DNA of 56,392 nucleotides, the filler included, from Diploschistes diacapsis (lineage: Eukaryota), in NCBI GenBank assembly GCA_023645945.1. It is 5 parts of 5 records of this genome, joined end to end, with 100 filler letters (N's around TTAATTAATTAA, not from the genome) between each part and the next. Parts side by side here need not be neighbours in the genome. Positions count along the whole stretch, not along the records: positions 22,618 to 33,812 come from JALAIB010000851.1; positions 33,913 to 45,103 come from JALAIB010000852.1; 3 more parts are not named here. One strand, given 5' to 3'. Below are positions 22,618-34,461 of this stretch, piece by piece. The position numbers and the translations under genes are program-made. Position 1 is the stretch's first letter; each line of letters begins with the position of its first letter. The notes beneath the pieces were generated by a model. The model saw nothing but the letters and a program-made list of their open reading frames with translations. It was not told where the DNA came from and did not search any database.

Positions 22618-23253
22618 ATAAATATTCATCTTATTATAAAAAGCTTGAATATTTTTTTAGATTTTTAAAAGGCTTATGGGTGGTATAATAGCTCTATGAA
22701 ATAGACGCATTTTGGTGTAATTTGGGGGAGGGTCCATTACTTTTGGCATAGTACTGTACGCTCTTATTAAACGCCCCTTTTCGTAGAGCTCCTACGTAGA
22801 CGTCGTAGGAGCTCTACGACCTTTACGACCACCAAAATCTACGTAAAGCTTGTCGAGATCTCGAAAAATCTCGACAAGCTCTACGTATTGATTTAAAATG
22901 GACCGAAACCCTGTCGCCGCCGCTTTTATCGCTTATTTCTCTCTCTCATCTGGCTAAAATGGACGATTTTTAATTTAGATATCACGAAAACAAAAATAAG
23001 ATAACCGTTGTTTTGCTCGCTGATATTGCGTAGTTATACGCAGCCTAGTATTACGATAAATGTTACGCCTGCGAGGGCATCGTAAAGATATTATCACGTA
23101 TGCGCAGAAAAGGCTGGGAAGGCTAGGAGGTTGGGCCGAGGTTGGACTACTAGGCCGAGGATGGTAAGCGATAGCGTGATAGGGCTGGCTGCCAAACGCG
23201 CCACGTAGATGCGCTCTACCGTAGAGCAGCTCTACGTGGCGCCAAACAGGGCC
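22618..23253 (+). mobile_element. RIP-mutated PIF/Harbinger-like DNA transposon relic (right end)
   Basis: Ends in CAAACAGGGCC (23243-23253; reverse complement GGCCCTGTTTG, Harbinger/Tourist-type TIR) followed by TAA (typical TSD); perfect internal inverted repeats; CpA/TpG depletion; stop-interrupted ORF from 22959. Confidence 0.6.
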
Positions 23254-24004
23254 TAAGCTAGATACTTGAAGCTCTCCCCAGAAGTTCAGAACTTTCAGAA
23301 TTGTTTAGCTTGATCTAAAGCATCTATCTAAACATGAAGTGGTGGAAAAGATGTTTGGTGTGCAGATTATTCTTAATATCGCCTGGACACTACAGAGTAT
23401 AGTAATAAACACACCTTGACAACAAGCGCGCGGGCCAATGCGTGCCTACTCAGATGCTCCGTACCTGGTGGTCATGATTATAATCTGTTCTCGTCTGTGA
23501 CTCTGTGAGCTTGTTATTTTTATTTATGAACTTGAAACACCTCATGCAACACGGCTGATCTTCTAAGTTTAGTAGTAGGCTTAGTTTCTGAGCCTAGCCC
23601 TTGGCCCCTTGGGTTGACGATCAGGGCCCTCCCGATTCCCGAGTTCCGACCCGCCTCGTTTCCCAGTTCCACAATTTTCACAACTGGGGAAACCCAACCC
23701 AACCCCAACTAGCTAGCTTTCTTCACTTTCATTTACGTGCATTCCACTCCTTCTTTTATCTTCCTGCCAGTATTACTGATGCTATCATGATGTATGGTTC
23801 TTCCTGATCACCTTTCCCATCTTCTTTCGCTGTTGTACAATTACCGGTGTTGCGACATCTATGTGCTACCAGCCGTTGCAGTCCTTGACAACCGCTGGCA
23901 TTCTAACCTCGCGCACGCCCGACTTCATCAATGTAGTGTACTCCTCCACCTTCCGTAGGACTGCACTTCAAGACTCATTTGATAGCTAGAGGAAAATTCA
24001 TGAA

Positions 24005-27000
24005 ATGCAGGATCGCTCAAGATTTCCACCTATACCGCCTCCTCCGTTCTCATCGCAGTCTGTCTATCCCAAGCATGAGAGTCCGAGCCATAATGGCACC
24101 TTTCCTTCTCGAAGACAGCCAGTCGAAACTCAAGCGCAATCACTCATCGAAGCGAGCAGAGTAGGCAACTCCTCCGCCCCCCCGAGCTCGCCCTTTGACC
24201 CGAGACCTTTTACTCCGCCGAATACAGTCACTATAGGCAAACATGGTGCTAGGAGAGAAAACTCTGGGCCAAACGAATATCAACAATACATGCACAGAGA
24301 GAGAAGCGCGTCTAATGGGACGGGACAAGATGGTATGTGCTAAGCTTCAAATTTTCATCACCAGGAAAATCACTCGATCTGGACGCCAGGATACACTCTA
24401 TAACGTCTCCGGACTTTTAAGAAGGGCGAGGCAAAGACCATGGACCTAGTTCACCGTGGATACTGGTCCTTTCTTGCAGATCTCACTCTCTATGCCTCGA
24501 TTAGCAGCGCGCGTTATCGGTCCACTTTGTACCATCCCGAATCGACTCAAGGGTGCACTTCCCTGGTGCGGGCCACCAGAAGACTCCTGCAGGAGACATG
24601 CCATGCAGCATCCTTATATTGGCAATGTTCTGAGAAGAAGTGCCATATCGCAGAGGTAGCTATCGAGCGCATGGGTCAAATTGACAGACACTCCCTTGGA
24701 TTTTTTTGTTCGAGGCCTGCGTGATTGATCCCCACATTCTGTGTGGGCTGGCTGGCCCAAGCTCCAAATCCCTGCTTATCGGGCTGGTTTCCATGCATGG
24801 TCGGGCTCTTGGCTCTTAGGTCTCCGTTACGCCGATGACTTCATTCCTCAACTCGACTCGCTTTTCTCTTTTCTCGTCATTTTCATCATTATGGCAGCAG
24901 CCCTGTGGCTTTTGAGGAATAAGACCTGACTTGAACTCCTCATGCTCTCTTCACGTGCCCAATCACGCTTTTCTTTCTCTCGGCTTAACAATGTTCCAGA
25001 TCCCTCCATTCCTCCATCCATCCATCCATCCTTGCTTACCCTGCGCGCTGCTTATTTCTTTCCCCGTCCCCTACTAGTACACAGCTTGCAACTTGAAATG
25101 TTCTCGGATGGAGGCTAACGAAGACCGCTGTGGTTGTTAACAGAGGATCGCTTTAGAGTACCCTATCACATGCTGTACCATCCAAATTCGCCGCAGCAGT
25201 TCTCTTCGGTACCCTCCAATAACTCTCCCAGCGAGTTGCAAAAGTCTAACCGCAGCGCTCATGTGAATGGAAACGGCTTGCCAGCCGGTTACAAAGGTGA
25301 GCAAGAACTTCTTCATCCAGGATCATATTCTATCTTTTCGAGATGATTCCACCATTCTTAACACAACTGACCGTGCTTCGCGATCTAGGCGTCCCTCCAC
25401 AGTCCCCTCCGCCTCCTTCGCCTTACAGTAGCCACCAAATGCCGCCATCAACTTCCACCCCAATCATGCACTTGCAGCGCGAGTCGACAAATCAAGTACC
25501 TCGAAACGTTTTGCCTCCTCCCCTAGCATTCGAAGGACAAGGAACACCGTATCGGCCAGGCATTGGCATGTCCATATCTGCTATGCTCGGTGCCGATATG
25601 CGTTCCTCGCGGGACCACAGGCCCGATGAGCATGACGCGCAATCAAGGCCTGCATCAACTCCCAGTTTACCACTTGCACGGAGCTCTCCTGGAGGTGCCG
25701 GGAACGAACAGTCTCAGGAACACAGCACGCTAGACAGATACAAGAGTTGGTTTCCGGAGAACAGCCGAACCCCTCATACACACTCGTCCACGTTGCCACC
25801 ACGTCCATTCTCCGATAATCACACTGAATCACCAAGGTTCGGCTCCCCGCTGCAGCCCTCGAGCGGTCGATCTCCTCCTCGGCCCATACCTTTTCCAGGC
25901 CCTCCATCATCAAGCGATCCTGCGAATTCCAGCATGCGCAAATATAGTCTGAGTGATCCGAAGCCGCTCGATTCCGGTAGAATTTTCGGTCCCCGTTTTG
26001 GCGGTAAAGAAGAAAGGCCAAGGGTGATTGATCCCAGGCCAGTTGCCAGAGCACACCCTGATGACGATATGAGACCTGCACTCCAGAGAGAGCCAAGAGA
26101 GGATGGCGAAAAGTTCTTCAAGGCTTATCTGGCGCCAAAGAGGTTGGAGGACCGCGACTTCGTCCTCGATGCCGCAACATCGTCTCCTTATCCATTCCTT
26201 TCTCGTAACTCTCACGCTTCAAAATTCGATCACCCGGCTCTGCCACCCGACAAAGCCACGCTTAATCGAGCCGTCGAGACATCCTATCCTCGCCAAGGCA
26301 CACTGCCGGCGGCACCGAATTTCGAGAGTCGCCGTGTTTCCCATGAGCCGGCAGTTGCAGCTTTGCGAAGCCTGCACGAACCTCGCAGAACTTCCATTCC
26401 GATGCCTGACTCTCCCGAACAAATTCGTGACTCCCCCCTATCGCATCTGCAACGGCAGCTTGTGGCGAGCGCGGCAGGAGCCGATGACGGCAGCAGTAGC
26501 CCAGAAATGAGCCGAAAGTCGCTCAGCCTGCTCAACGATAACAAGCGAGGAAGAGTATCGCCATTGCCGCAAGCGGTCCAGGGAGCGCAAGCTCAGCTTC
26601 GCGGCCCTGCCAGCGAGCCCGGTATTAAAAACGAATTTGCGCGCATGTTTTCCGGCATCGGTAGCGGTGTCGGTAGTGCAGTCTCCACACCTGTGCCCCC
26701 CGATACGCAGCCTCTTGGCCTTCCGTCCAGTCCGCTTGGCCTCGAGGAAGTGGATCGTAGGACACCATTGAACAAAAGAAAGGAGTTAATGGAAGACTCG
26801 AAGCCGCGGAATGCGTCTCGACCGGGTCGGCGCAGTCGGAAAGCAAAAGGAAACGAGATCAAGACGGAGAATGATGCCAACGGTGCAGGCCTTGCTCATC
26901 AAACGTTCAGCGGGCGTGGACAGAAGAGAACCCGTAACAACTATCAGAATGTATCGGGAAATCTTACACAAAGGTAAGTGTGCCGTTTCACCACCCCAAG

Positions 27001-27976
27001 TAATTCTGACTAAAGAAGGCACCACCACCATCATCATCATAACCCGGACCACTCTACCCTAAATCCCAAACGGACGTTCACCCCTACGCAAGGACTATCC
27101 ACTCCAGTCCCGCACCACCACCATCATCATCACCACCATCACCATCACCATCATCCATCTAAGCAGCCATCTATTCCTGCCCGCAGACCGCAGACTGTAA
27201 TTAATAGTACATTGGTGCTGGATCGTGTACGTCATTTGCCGCGACATCATCTGGGTTCAATGCTGTATCAAGCTACAATTGAGCCTGTATCTGCCGACCC
27301 TGGAGACGACTCTAAATTCGGTTACGTTGCAACGCCGCTACCCATGCCGAGGTTCGACGGGAGAGAGAACTGCACCTTCACAGTGAGGGTACCAAGGCTT
27401 TTCCTTGGGAGGAGCGCGAGAGAAGAGATTTGTGAACGTAGAGCATTGTGGGGTACGGAAATCTACACTGACGATTCGGATCCCATAGCAATGGCGATCC
27501 ACAGCGGCTGGATTCGAGGCGAATGGGACCGAGATCTGGATCTATCCATTCTTGACCTTGGGGATGCGGAAGCTGCAAAGGCAAGATCGCTCCAAATCAG
27601 CCAAAGCAAGGAGGCTGTTGTCACAGTTCCACAGCTTCCCCCTCAACCATTGTTCCCTGTACCGAACCGTGACCTTCACGTCACGCTGCTCATCTTACCA
27701 CGTCTGATTAGCTATGCTTCGCATGCGATGCACGGGCTCAAGTCACGCGATTGGAAGACCCGACACGACGGCATGAGCGTCAAGATCGAGAAGATCGCCT
27801 GGGTTGAGACCAAGGGGAGTAAAGGGGAGGACAGAGGGGGCGAGGCCCGCAGGAAGAGACTGCGGGCCTTCGAGGACTCTTCTCGGGACGCTGGGCTAGG
27901 GCCCAAGGTCTCTGTGAACTTCGTCAACGGAGATGCTGAGCAAGCGCAAGCGACAGCGACGGCGGCAGCGGCGTAG
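24005..27976 (+). CDS. RXT3: Rxt3-domain subunit of Rpd3L histone deacetylase complex (exons 24005-24332, 25144-25296, 25389-26973, 27016/27019-27976)
   Basis: C-terminal PRHHLGSMLY, ENCTFTVRVPR and LWGTEIYTDDSDPIAMAIHSGW, HDGMS; GMSISAML and GRVSPLPQAVQGAQ...EPGIKNEFARMFSGIGSG motifs; His7 and His14 tracts. First exon and the 811-bp first intron are less certain. Confidence 0.82.
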
Positions 27977-28671
27977 CTTTTGTACAAGTATACAATTACG
28001 ATGCTCTAATGGGCCCCAGAATATGTTGTCCGTAGTAGTTGACGTAGAGAATTAAAGAAACATGCATCAACGGCCTCTTTACGATTGCTCCCAACCGTTT
28101 GGAACTTTCTATTTCGAGTTGGTGAACAGTTTGCGTCACGGGTTGTAAACCGGTAACGATAACGTTACAGTGGCAGTGGTCTCGGAGCATCTTTCACATG
28201 CTTGAACTTGCAACCGTCGATTTGCCATCTCAAACCGAGCGCTGCTGTTTAATCAAGACATTGAATCCAACATTGTTTATTGTAACTACAGGTAGGCAAG
28301 AACTATCATTTTGGAAGCAACAAATGTAATGCTCCTTGTTGTCTCTCTATCTCCTTCAATGTCGAGCCCGCGAAGTGAAAGCTTTACCACCTTTCGGTTC
28401 CAATCTATCGCTATGATGGCGTCCATCATCTAACAAAGGAAGCGGACGCTGGGTAGGTGGTGATCTTGTCTTAGCGATAGGTTCCGCAGTGACTACCTGA
28501 TATCAATGAGCCTGTAGCGGTCTTTAGTCTTGAGCCTTGAGCCTTGAGCTTAATCTTTGAACCCCTTGATAGTTGGTTCTTCTTCCATTCCTGTATGGCT
28601 TTTTCCATATTCCTTAGCCCTGTTTTCGGTATTGGATACCCACTGCGGTCTCAATATTACTTCCTAGCATA

Positions 28672-31064
28672 ATGATAGGTACTTGCTCCCACTCTCAAAA
28701 CAGTACATTCAAAGGTAGCTAATCTCATAGATCACGTCCTGGGACGACCTTCGGTCCGGTTCCGTAAGGTTCAAGTCTTTGCCGTCGTTGCTTTCTGGTC
28801 TCTTTACCTCGTCGAGTATGTAGCAGGCATCCCTCTCTTAACTTTCGCCAGAAGCTAACTTCCATGAAGAGGCAACCGCAATGGCCCGCCCATCCTCCGA
28901 AGGCTCTCGAGACGGCTTTCGACCCAGCTGACACCCTGGCGGACCCTCGTCCTTACCCTCTTGTGGCTGTATATGTCTCGGAACTTTGCCAAGATACTCG
29001 GGCTCGAGAGCCCAGAGCCCCTCGCGAATTTGTATAGCAGGTCTTTCTTCCGTGCTACATGGATAACGACAGCACTTGATGCTGGCTTTTGGACTGCTGT
29101 AAGCCTGATCGATCTCGTGAGAAGTTGTCCGTACTTATATGAGCTAGATGCGTATCAAGAACAGATGGTTGCGAGATCTCGCTTCCATCGTCTTTACCGT
29201 TTACTACCTTTTTGCGGCCGAGCAGGCCGACGAAAAAGTCCGCAAGGTCCGAGGTGCTCTGACCGTCGACCATCTTCGAGTATCCTGGAACAAGACGACA
29301 ACGCCCTACCTGTCGCTTGTCGGTAGGCTGACTCGACCGAAGTTTACAAGGTATGCCCCCAAGAAAGTCCGGATACCAAGGCCACCACGATCGGCTTATA
29401 AAGAGCCGGTCACTGGCTGGCTGTATTACGATGGCCCTTTCTCGACCATTGATCGCCACGACAAGATCGTTCTGGATCTCCCTGGCGGCGGATTCGTAGC
29501 AATGGGTCCGAGGAATAACGACGATAAGCTCTTTGCGTGGTCTGGAAAGACCGGCCTGCCGGTTTTGAGCCTCGACTACGAAAAGGCGCCAGAGAACCCC
29601 TATCCCTACGCCCTCAATGAATGCTACGACGTCTACCACACCCTCGTAGCAACCCGTGGTCGCTGCATTGGGCTCTCGGGAGACCGGCAGCCTCAGATCG
29701 TTATAACGGGCGACAGCGCCGGTGGCAATCTCGCGACAGGCCTCGTGTTGATGGTCATCCAGAACGCCAAATTAGCCAACCAACGACGCTCGGACGAGGA
29801 ATTTCTCCCCGTCCCCCATGCTCTGGTTCTCATCTACCCCTCCCTCGACATGAACATCAACAGCTGGATGACGGACGAACAAATGTCTCTGATACAGGAC
29901 CAGCGCACGAAAGCCGGAAACCGGAGCATCCTGCGCAAAAAGAGCCAAGACTACTACCGCCTCGACCCCTCAACCCCAGCGCCGTCGGATGACGAGGAAG
30001 AAGCGCATCTTCCACCGCCAGGTCTGAAGCCATCGACCAGCTCCGTCATCATAGCCTCCGACGACGACGAAGACGCTGAGATACCCGACACTCCCTATCC
30101 CCCAATGCTGGAGAGGAGCGCAAAGCCCAGCATCTCCATCTCCGAGAACCAGTCCTCCGTAGCCTTCTCCAAGCCCCGCATCCTCAAGACCCGCCTGGCG
30201 ATGTCGTCGATGATATCCTACTTCAACGACCGCGTCATAACGCCCGAAATGATGCGCGCCATGGTCATCCTCTACGTTGGCCCGCACATGCGGCCTGACT
30301 TCACAACGGACTATCTACTCTCCCCTCTTTTGGCGCCGGAGATGCTGCTCGCAGAATTCCCGAAGACGTACTTTATGACAGGCGAGCGAGATCCTCTCGT
30401 CGACGATACCGTGATCTTCGCTGGCAGGCTGAGACAGGCGAAGTACAACGTGTATAGCCAGCGGAAGGAGTTGGGGCTGTTGAGACCGAGGGAGCACTTC
30501 AACGAGAGGGAGCACGTCGAGGTGATGCTGATTCCCGGCATAAGCCACGGATTCTTTCAGTTCGTTGGTGCCTTTCCCGAAGGGTGGAAGTATATTCTGC
30601 GCTGCGCGAAGTGGATCGAGGAGGTGTTTGCGCTGGACCAGCCGCTGCCTATGCCCGGGACCGGTGGTGGGGTTACTGCTACTACCCGAGACGAGGGCGT
30701 AGCCTTATCGGGGAAAGGGAGTCCCGAGGCGAGGAACAGACACCATAAGCGCACGCCCACGGACTCTTCTGTCGAGGACGAGAGGCCGCTGGAAATGACT
30801 CCGATGAATAATTCGAGTCATGGTAGCGGCGGCGGCAATGCACGAGGTAGCAGGGGTGGAGGGGGCGGAGGCAGTGGACGTTCGGTGCAAGAAGACGCTG
30901 GTATTACAACGAGAGCGGCGAGAGCGAAGACAGAGGCGGATAGAGCGACGAGGGCGAGGCAGAAGAATGTGAGCAAGATGACGAGCCCGAAGAGCGAGGA
31001 TGATCTATTGAAGAGAAGGATGAAGGGGTTTACGGAGGGCTTGATGAGGACGGGGGAGGAGTAA
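28672..31064 (+). CDS. Hormone-sensitive-lipase (HSL/Abhydrolase_3) family lipase/esterase (exons 28672-28678, 28731-28815, 28870-29098, 29148-31064)
   Basis: MIDHVLGRPS N-terminus after splicing, ATWITTALDAGFWTAM, PGGGF oxyanion, GDSAGG nucleophile, GERDPLVDD and ISHGF; three in-frame GT-AG introns. Confidence 0.88.
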
Positions 31065-31347
31065 TAGTTGGAGTACCAATAGTTTGTGATCCTAGGATCT
31101 CAGGTGCCATCCGTAATTGTTTGTTAGAGGCTATTAGGAGATGCTGGAACTTGGTATTCTCGGTATCCTAGTACCTATATGGACAGCGGACGTTGTACAA
31201 TGGAGGTTGTTCGTGGCTTTTGTACGGACACCAATGGAAAGCATATTTAACTAGCATAGTTATCGTATCTTCAAGAGTTTTCTGTAGAACATCATGTCTT
31301 ATATCTGCCGTCTATCAAGTGTAACGGTCTCAAAACTCGATACACAG

Positions 31348-31431
31348 TGTGGTCTCGCGCGTATATATCAGTTTAGTTCAATACTGACACAACGCAGTAT
31401 TGTTGGTCCCCACATCACAAACAGATCTCGG
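31348..31431. repeat. Dispersed hairpin-containing element, copy B, ~280-360 bp upstream of the TRP5 ATG
   Basis: 31362-31386 and 31395-31408 identical to copy A at 13959-13983 and 13992-14005. Confidence 0.8.
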
Positions 31432-31710
31432 TCGAAATGCCAATACTACCCATTAAGCTGGGTTTTACTTCTAAACACTTTTCAGTGCTACAAGACGACA
31501 CTGAAAATATCAAAACAAGGTGCGGAAAGTTGTTTCAATCTTCCACTGGTTTCTGTCAGATTCATCCGTCGGTTATTGGGAATAAAATTCTGCGGCGCCT
31601 GAAATATCTCCAATCCTGTCTAACTTCATCACACTTCCTTCAATCTTTCACTTCGTCTCCAACACCCTTATATACCCTAACCCACTCTCTAAACGCCATC
31701 ATCCACCATC

Positions 31711-33812
31711 ATGGAAAATATAAAAAAGACCTTCGCTGCCTGCAAAAAGGCCAGCCGCGCCGCTTTCGTCACATATGTCACCGCCGGCTATCCCACATGC
31801 CCAGACACCATCGACATCCTCCTCGGCCTCGAGGCTGGCGGCGCCGATATCATCGAGCTCGGCTTGCCCTTTACGGATCCAATAGCCGACGGACCGACCA
31901 TCCAAAAGGCCAACACCCAAGCGCTACTCAACGGCGTGACGGTAGAGTCCACCCTGGTTATGGTGCGCGAGGCTCGTGCCAAGGGTCTTAAAGCGCCGGT
32001 GCTACTGATGGGGTACTATAACCCGCTCCTGAGCTACGGGGAGGAGCGTATCCTGCAGGACGCCAAGGAGGCTGGGGTCAATGGGTTTATTATCGTCGAT
32101 TTGCCACCCGAGGAGGCCGTAAGGTTTAGGAACTACTGCACGAGCTACGGACTGAGTTATGTGCCATTAATCGCACCCTCGACGTCGGAGGGTCGGATGA
32201 AGCTGTTGTGCGGGATCGCGGACTCTTTCGTGTATGTAGTGTCGAGGATGGGCACAACAGGGGTCAGGGGCACGATGAATGCGGCGCTGCCGGAGCTGCT
32301 AGAGAGGGTGCATCGATACTCGAACAACGTGCCTGCCGCCGTGGGTTTTGGAATAAGTACGCGCCAGGAGTTCCTTAGTCTTGCCAAAATTGCGGAAGGT
32401 GTGGTTATCGGAAGCAACATCGTCACTACGCTCGAGCAGGCGCCAAAGGGGGAAGCGGCCAAGGCGGTTGAAACGTACTGCGCGGAAATCACAGGACGGC
32501 GAGGTGGACCGCATAATCAGACGAACGGCATCACGCGAGAAGTTGGCATCGTCGAGTCGATCTCGGAAGCAAAAGAGTCAAATGGAGACGCAGTGCACGT
32601 CGACGAAGTCATCAAGGAGACGCCCGAGAACAGCAAGCCCGGCCTCGCCGACCAGCTCGAAGCCCTGAACACGGAAGGAGCTCCCGACCCAAAGGCCATA
32701 CCCTCCCGCTTCGGCGAGTTTGGCGGCCAGTACGTACCCGAGTCGCTAATGGACTGCCTGCGCGAGCTGGAGGACGGGTTCAACGCCATACGGGACGATC
32801 CCGCCTTCTGGGAGGAATACCGCTCCTACTACCCCTACATGGGCCGCCCCGGTCACCTGCACCTCGCCGAGCGCCTCACCTCGCACGCCGGCGGCGCCAA
32901 CATCTGGCTGAAGCGCGAGGACCTCAACCACACGGGCTCGCACAAGATCAACAACGCCATCGGCCAGATCCTGCTCGCGCGGCGGTTGGGCAAGACGGAA
33001 ATCATTGCCGAGACGGGCGCGGGCCAGCACGGCGTCGCGACGGCCACGGTGTGCGCCAAATTCGGCATGAAGTGCACCGTCTTCATGGGCGCCGAGGACG
33101 TGCGGCGGCAGGCGCTGAACGTCTTCCGCATGAAGCTGCTGGGCGCGACCGTCGTCGCCGTCGACGCGGGCAGCCGCACGCTGCGCGACGCCGTCAACGA
33201 GGCCCTGCGTGCCTGGGTCGAGCGCCTGGACACGACGCACTACATCATCGGGTCCGCCATCGGCCCGCACCCGTTCCCCACCATCGTGCGCACGTTCCAG
33301 AGCGTCATCGGCAGCGAGACCAAGGCGCAGATGCAGGAGAAGACAGGCAAGCTGCCGGACGCGGTGGTCGCGTGCGTCGGCGGCGGGAGCAACGCGGTCG
33401 GCATGTTCCACCCCTTCGCGGCGGACGCGTCGGTGAAGCTGCTCGGCGTCGAGGCGGGCGGCGAGGGGGTGGAGACGAGCCGGCACAGCGCGACGCTGAC
33501 GGGCGGGTCCAAGGGCGTGCTGCACGGGGTGCGGACATACGTGCTGCAGAACCGGCACGGGCAGATCGAGGAGACGCACTCCGTGTCCGCGGGCCTGGAC
33601 TATCCGGGCGTGGGGCCGGAGCTGAGCAGCTGGAAGGACTCGGAGCGCGCCAGGTTCATCGCGGCGACGGACGCGCAGGCGTTTGCGGGATTCCGGCTGA
33701 TCAGCCAGCTCGAGGGGATCATTCCGGCGTTGGAGACGGCGCATGCGGTTTGGGGGGCGGTGGAGCTGGCGCGGACGATGGAGAGGGGGGAGGACGTGGT
33801 GCTTTGCTTGAG
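31711..33812 (+). CDS. TRP5: Fused alpha/beta tryptophan synthase, 3'-truncated by contig end
   Basis: [18 protein letters not shown] (alpha), linker, [28 protein letters not shown] (PLP Lys), [14 protein letters not shown] and [11 protein letters not shown] (beta). Confidence 0.97.
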
Positions 33813-33912
33813 NNNNNNNNNNNNNNNNNNNNNNNNNNNNNNNNNNNNNNNNNNNNTTAATTAATTAANNNNNNNNNNNNNNNNNNNNNNNNNNNNNNNN
33901 NNNNNNNNNNNN
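33813..33912. other. Artificial contig-joining linker
   Basis: N44-TTAATTAATTAA-N44. Confidence 0.98.
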
Positions 33913-34461
33913 GTGGGTGGGGAAGTGGGAGATGAAACTGGAGGAGGTGGCTGCGGGCTTGCGATTGGGAGGGTGAAGCGTGAAGGTCAAAGGAATTTTT
34001 GCCTGTTGACTTGTGTGGATGGATCTAGCTCGGGAACGTGCCAGCCTGTTGGATCGGAATGCTTGATCGTAGGGTCAGGAAGTCTGCACAATGGTATCTG
34101 CTCGCCTTGAAATGGCGGAGGAAGTGTGGATGTAAGACTAGGATCTTGAACAACAGCAACGAGCACAGGCGCGCACCATGGCGAGTTTTGAAATGAACTG
34201 CGCTTATCGAGAACTACTAGGTGAACGGGATAGTCTTTAGGTATATAGTAAGTGAACAGAAGCTGGTCCACACCTAGCATTCATGTTATGTGAGTCAGGC
34301 TACCTGCTATTAACACTACCTCGCACTACCATGCGCCCATTGTGAATGATTTATCATGTCCAGTAAATACACCCTATCCAAAGATCAATCCATCGACTCT
34401 CAACCTGGGTCTTCCTGGTCCTGCCTTTCTTCTGCTCCATTTTTCTGCCAAAGTTCATATT

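Noticed and set aside
1889..33812. PAL plus tryptophan synthase plus hydrolases as an aromatic secondary-metabolite cluster
   Set aside because: PAL and TRP5 lie on different, artificially joined contigs; no PKS/NRPS or tailoring genes next to PAL within its contig.
32746..33860. Long alternative-frame and antisense ORFs over TRP5 (likewise over KIP3 45528-46565 and the LRR gene)
   Set aside because: Shadow ORFs expected from high GC3 and codon bias of the real gene; no recognisable motifs.
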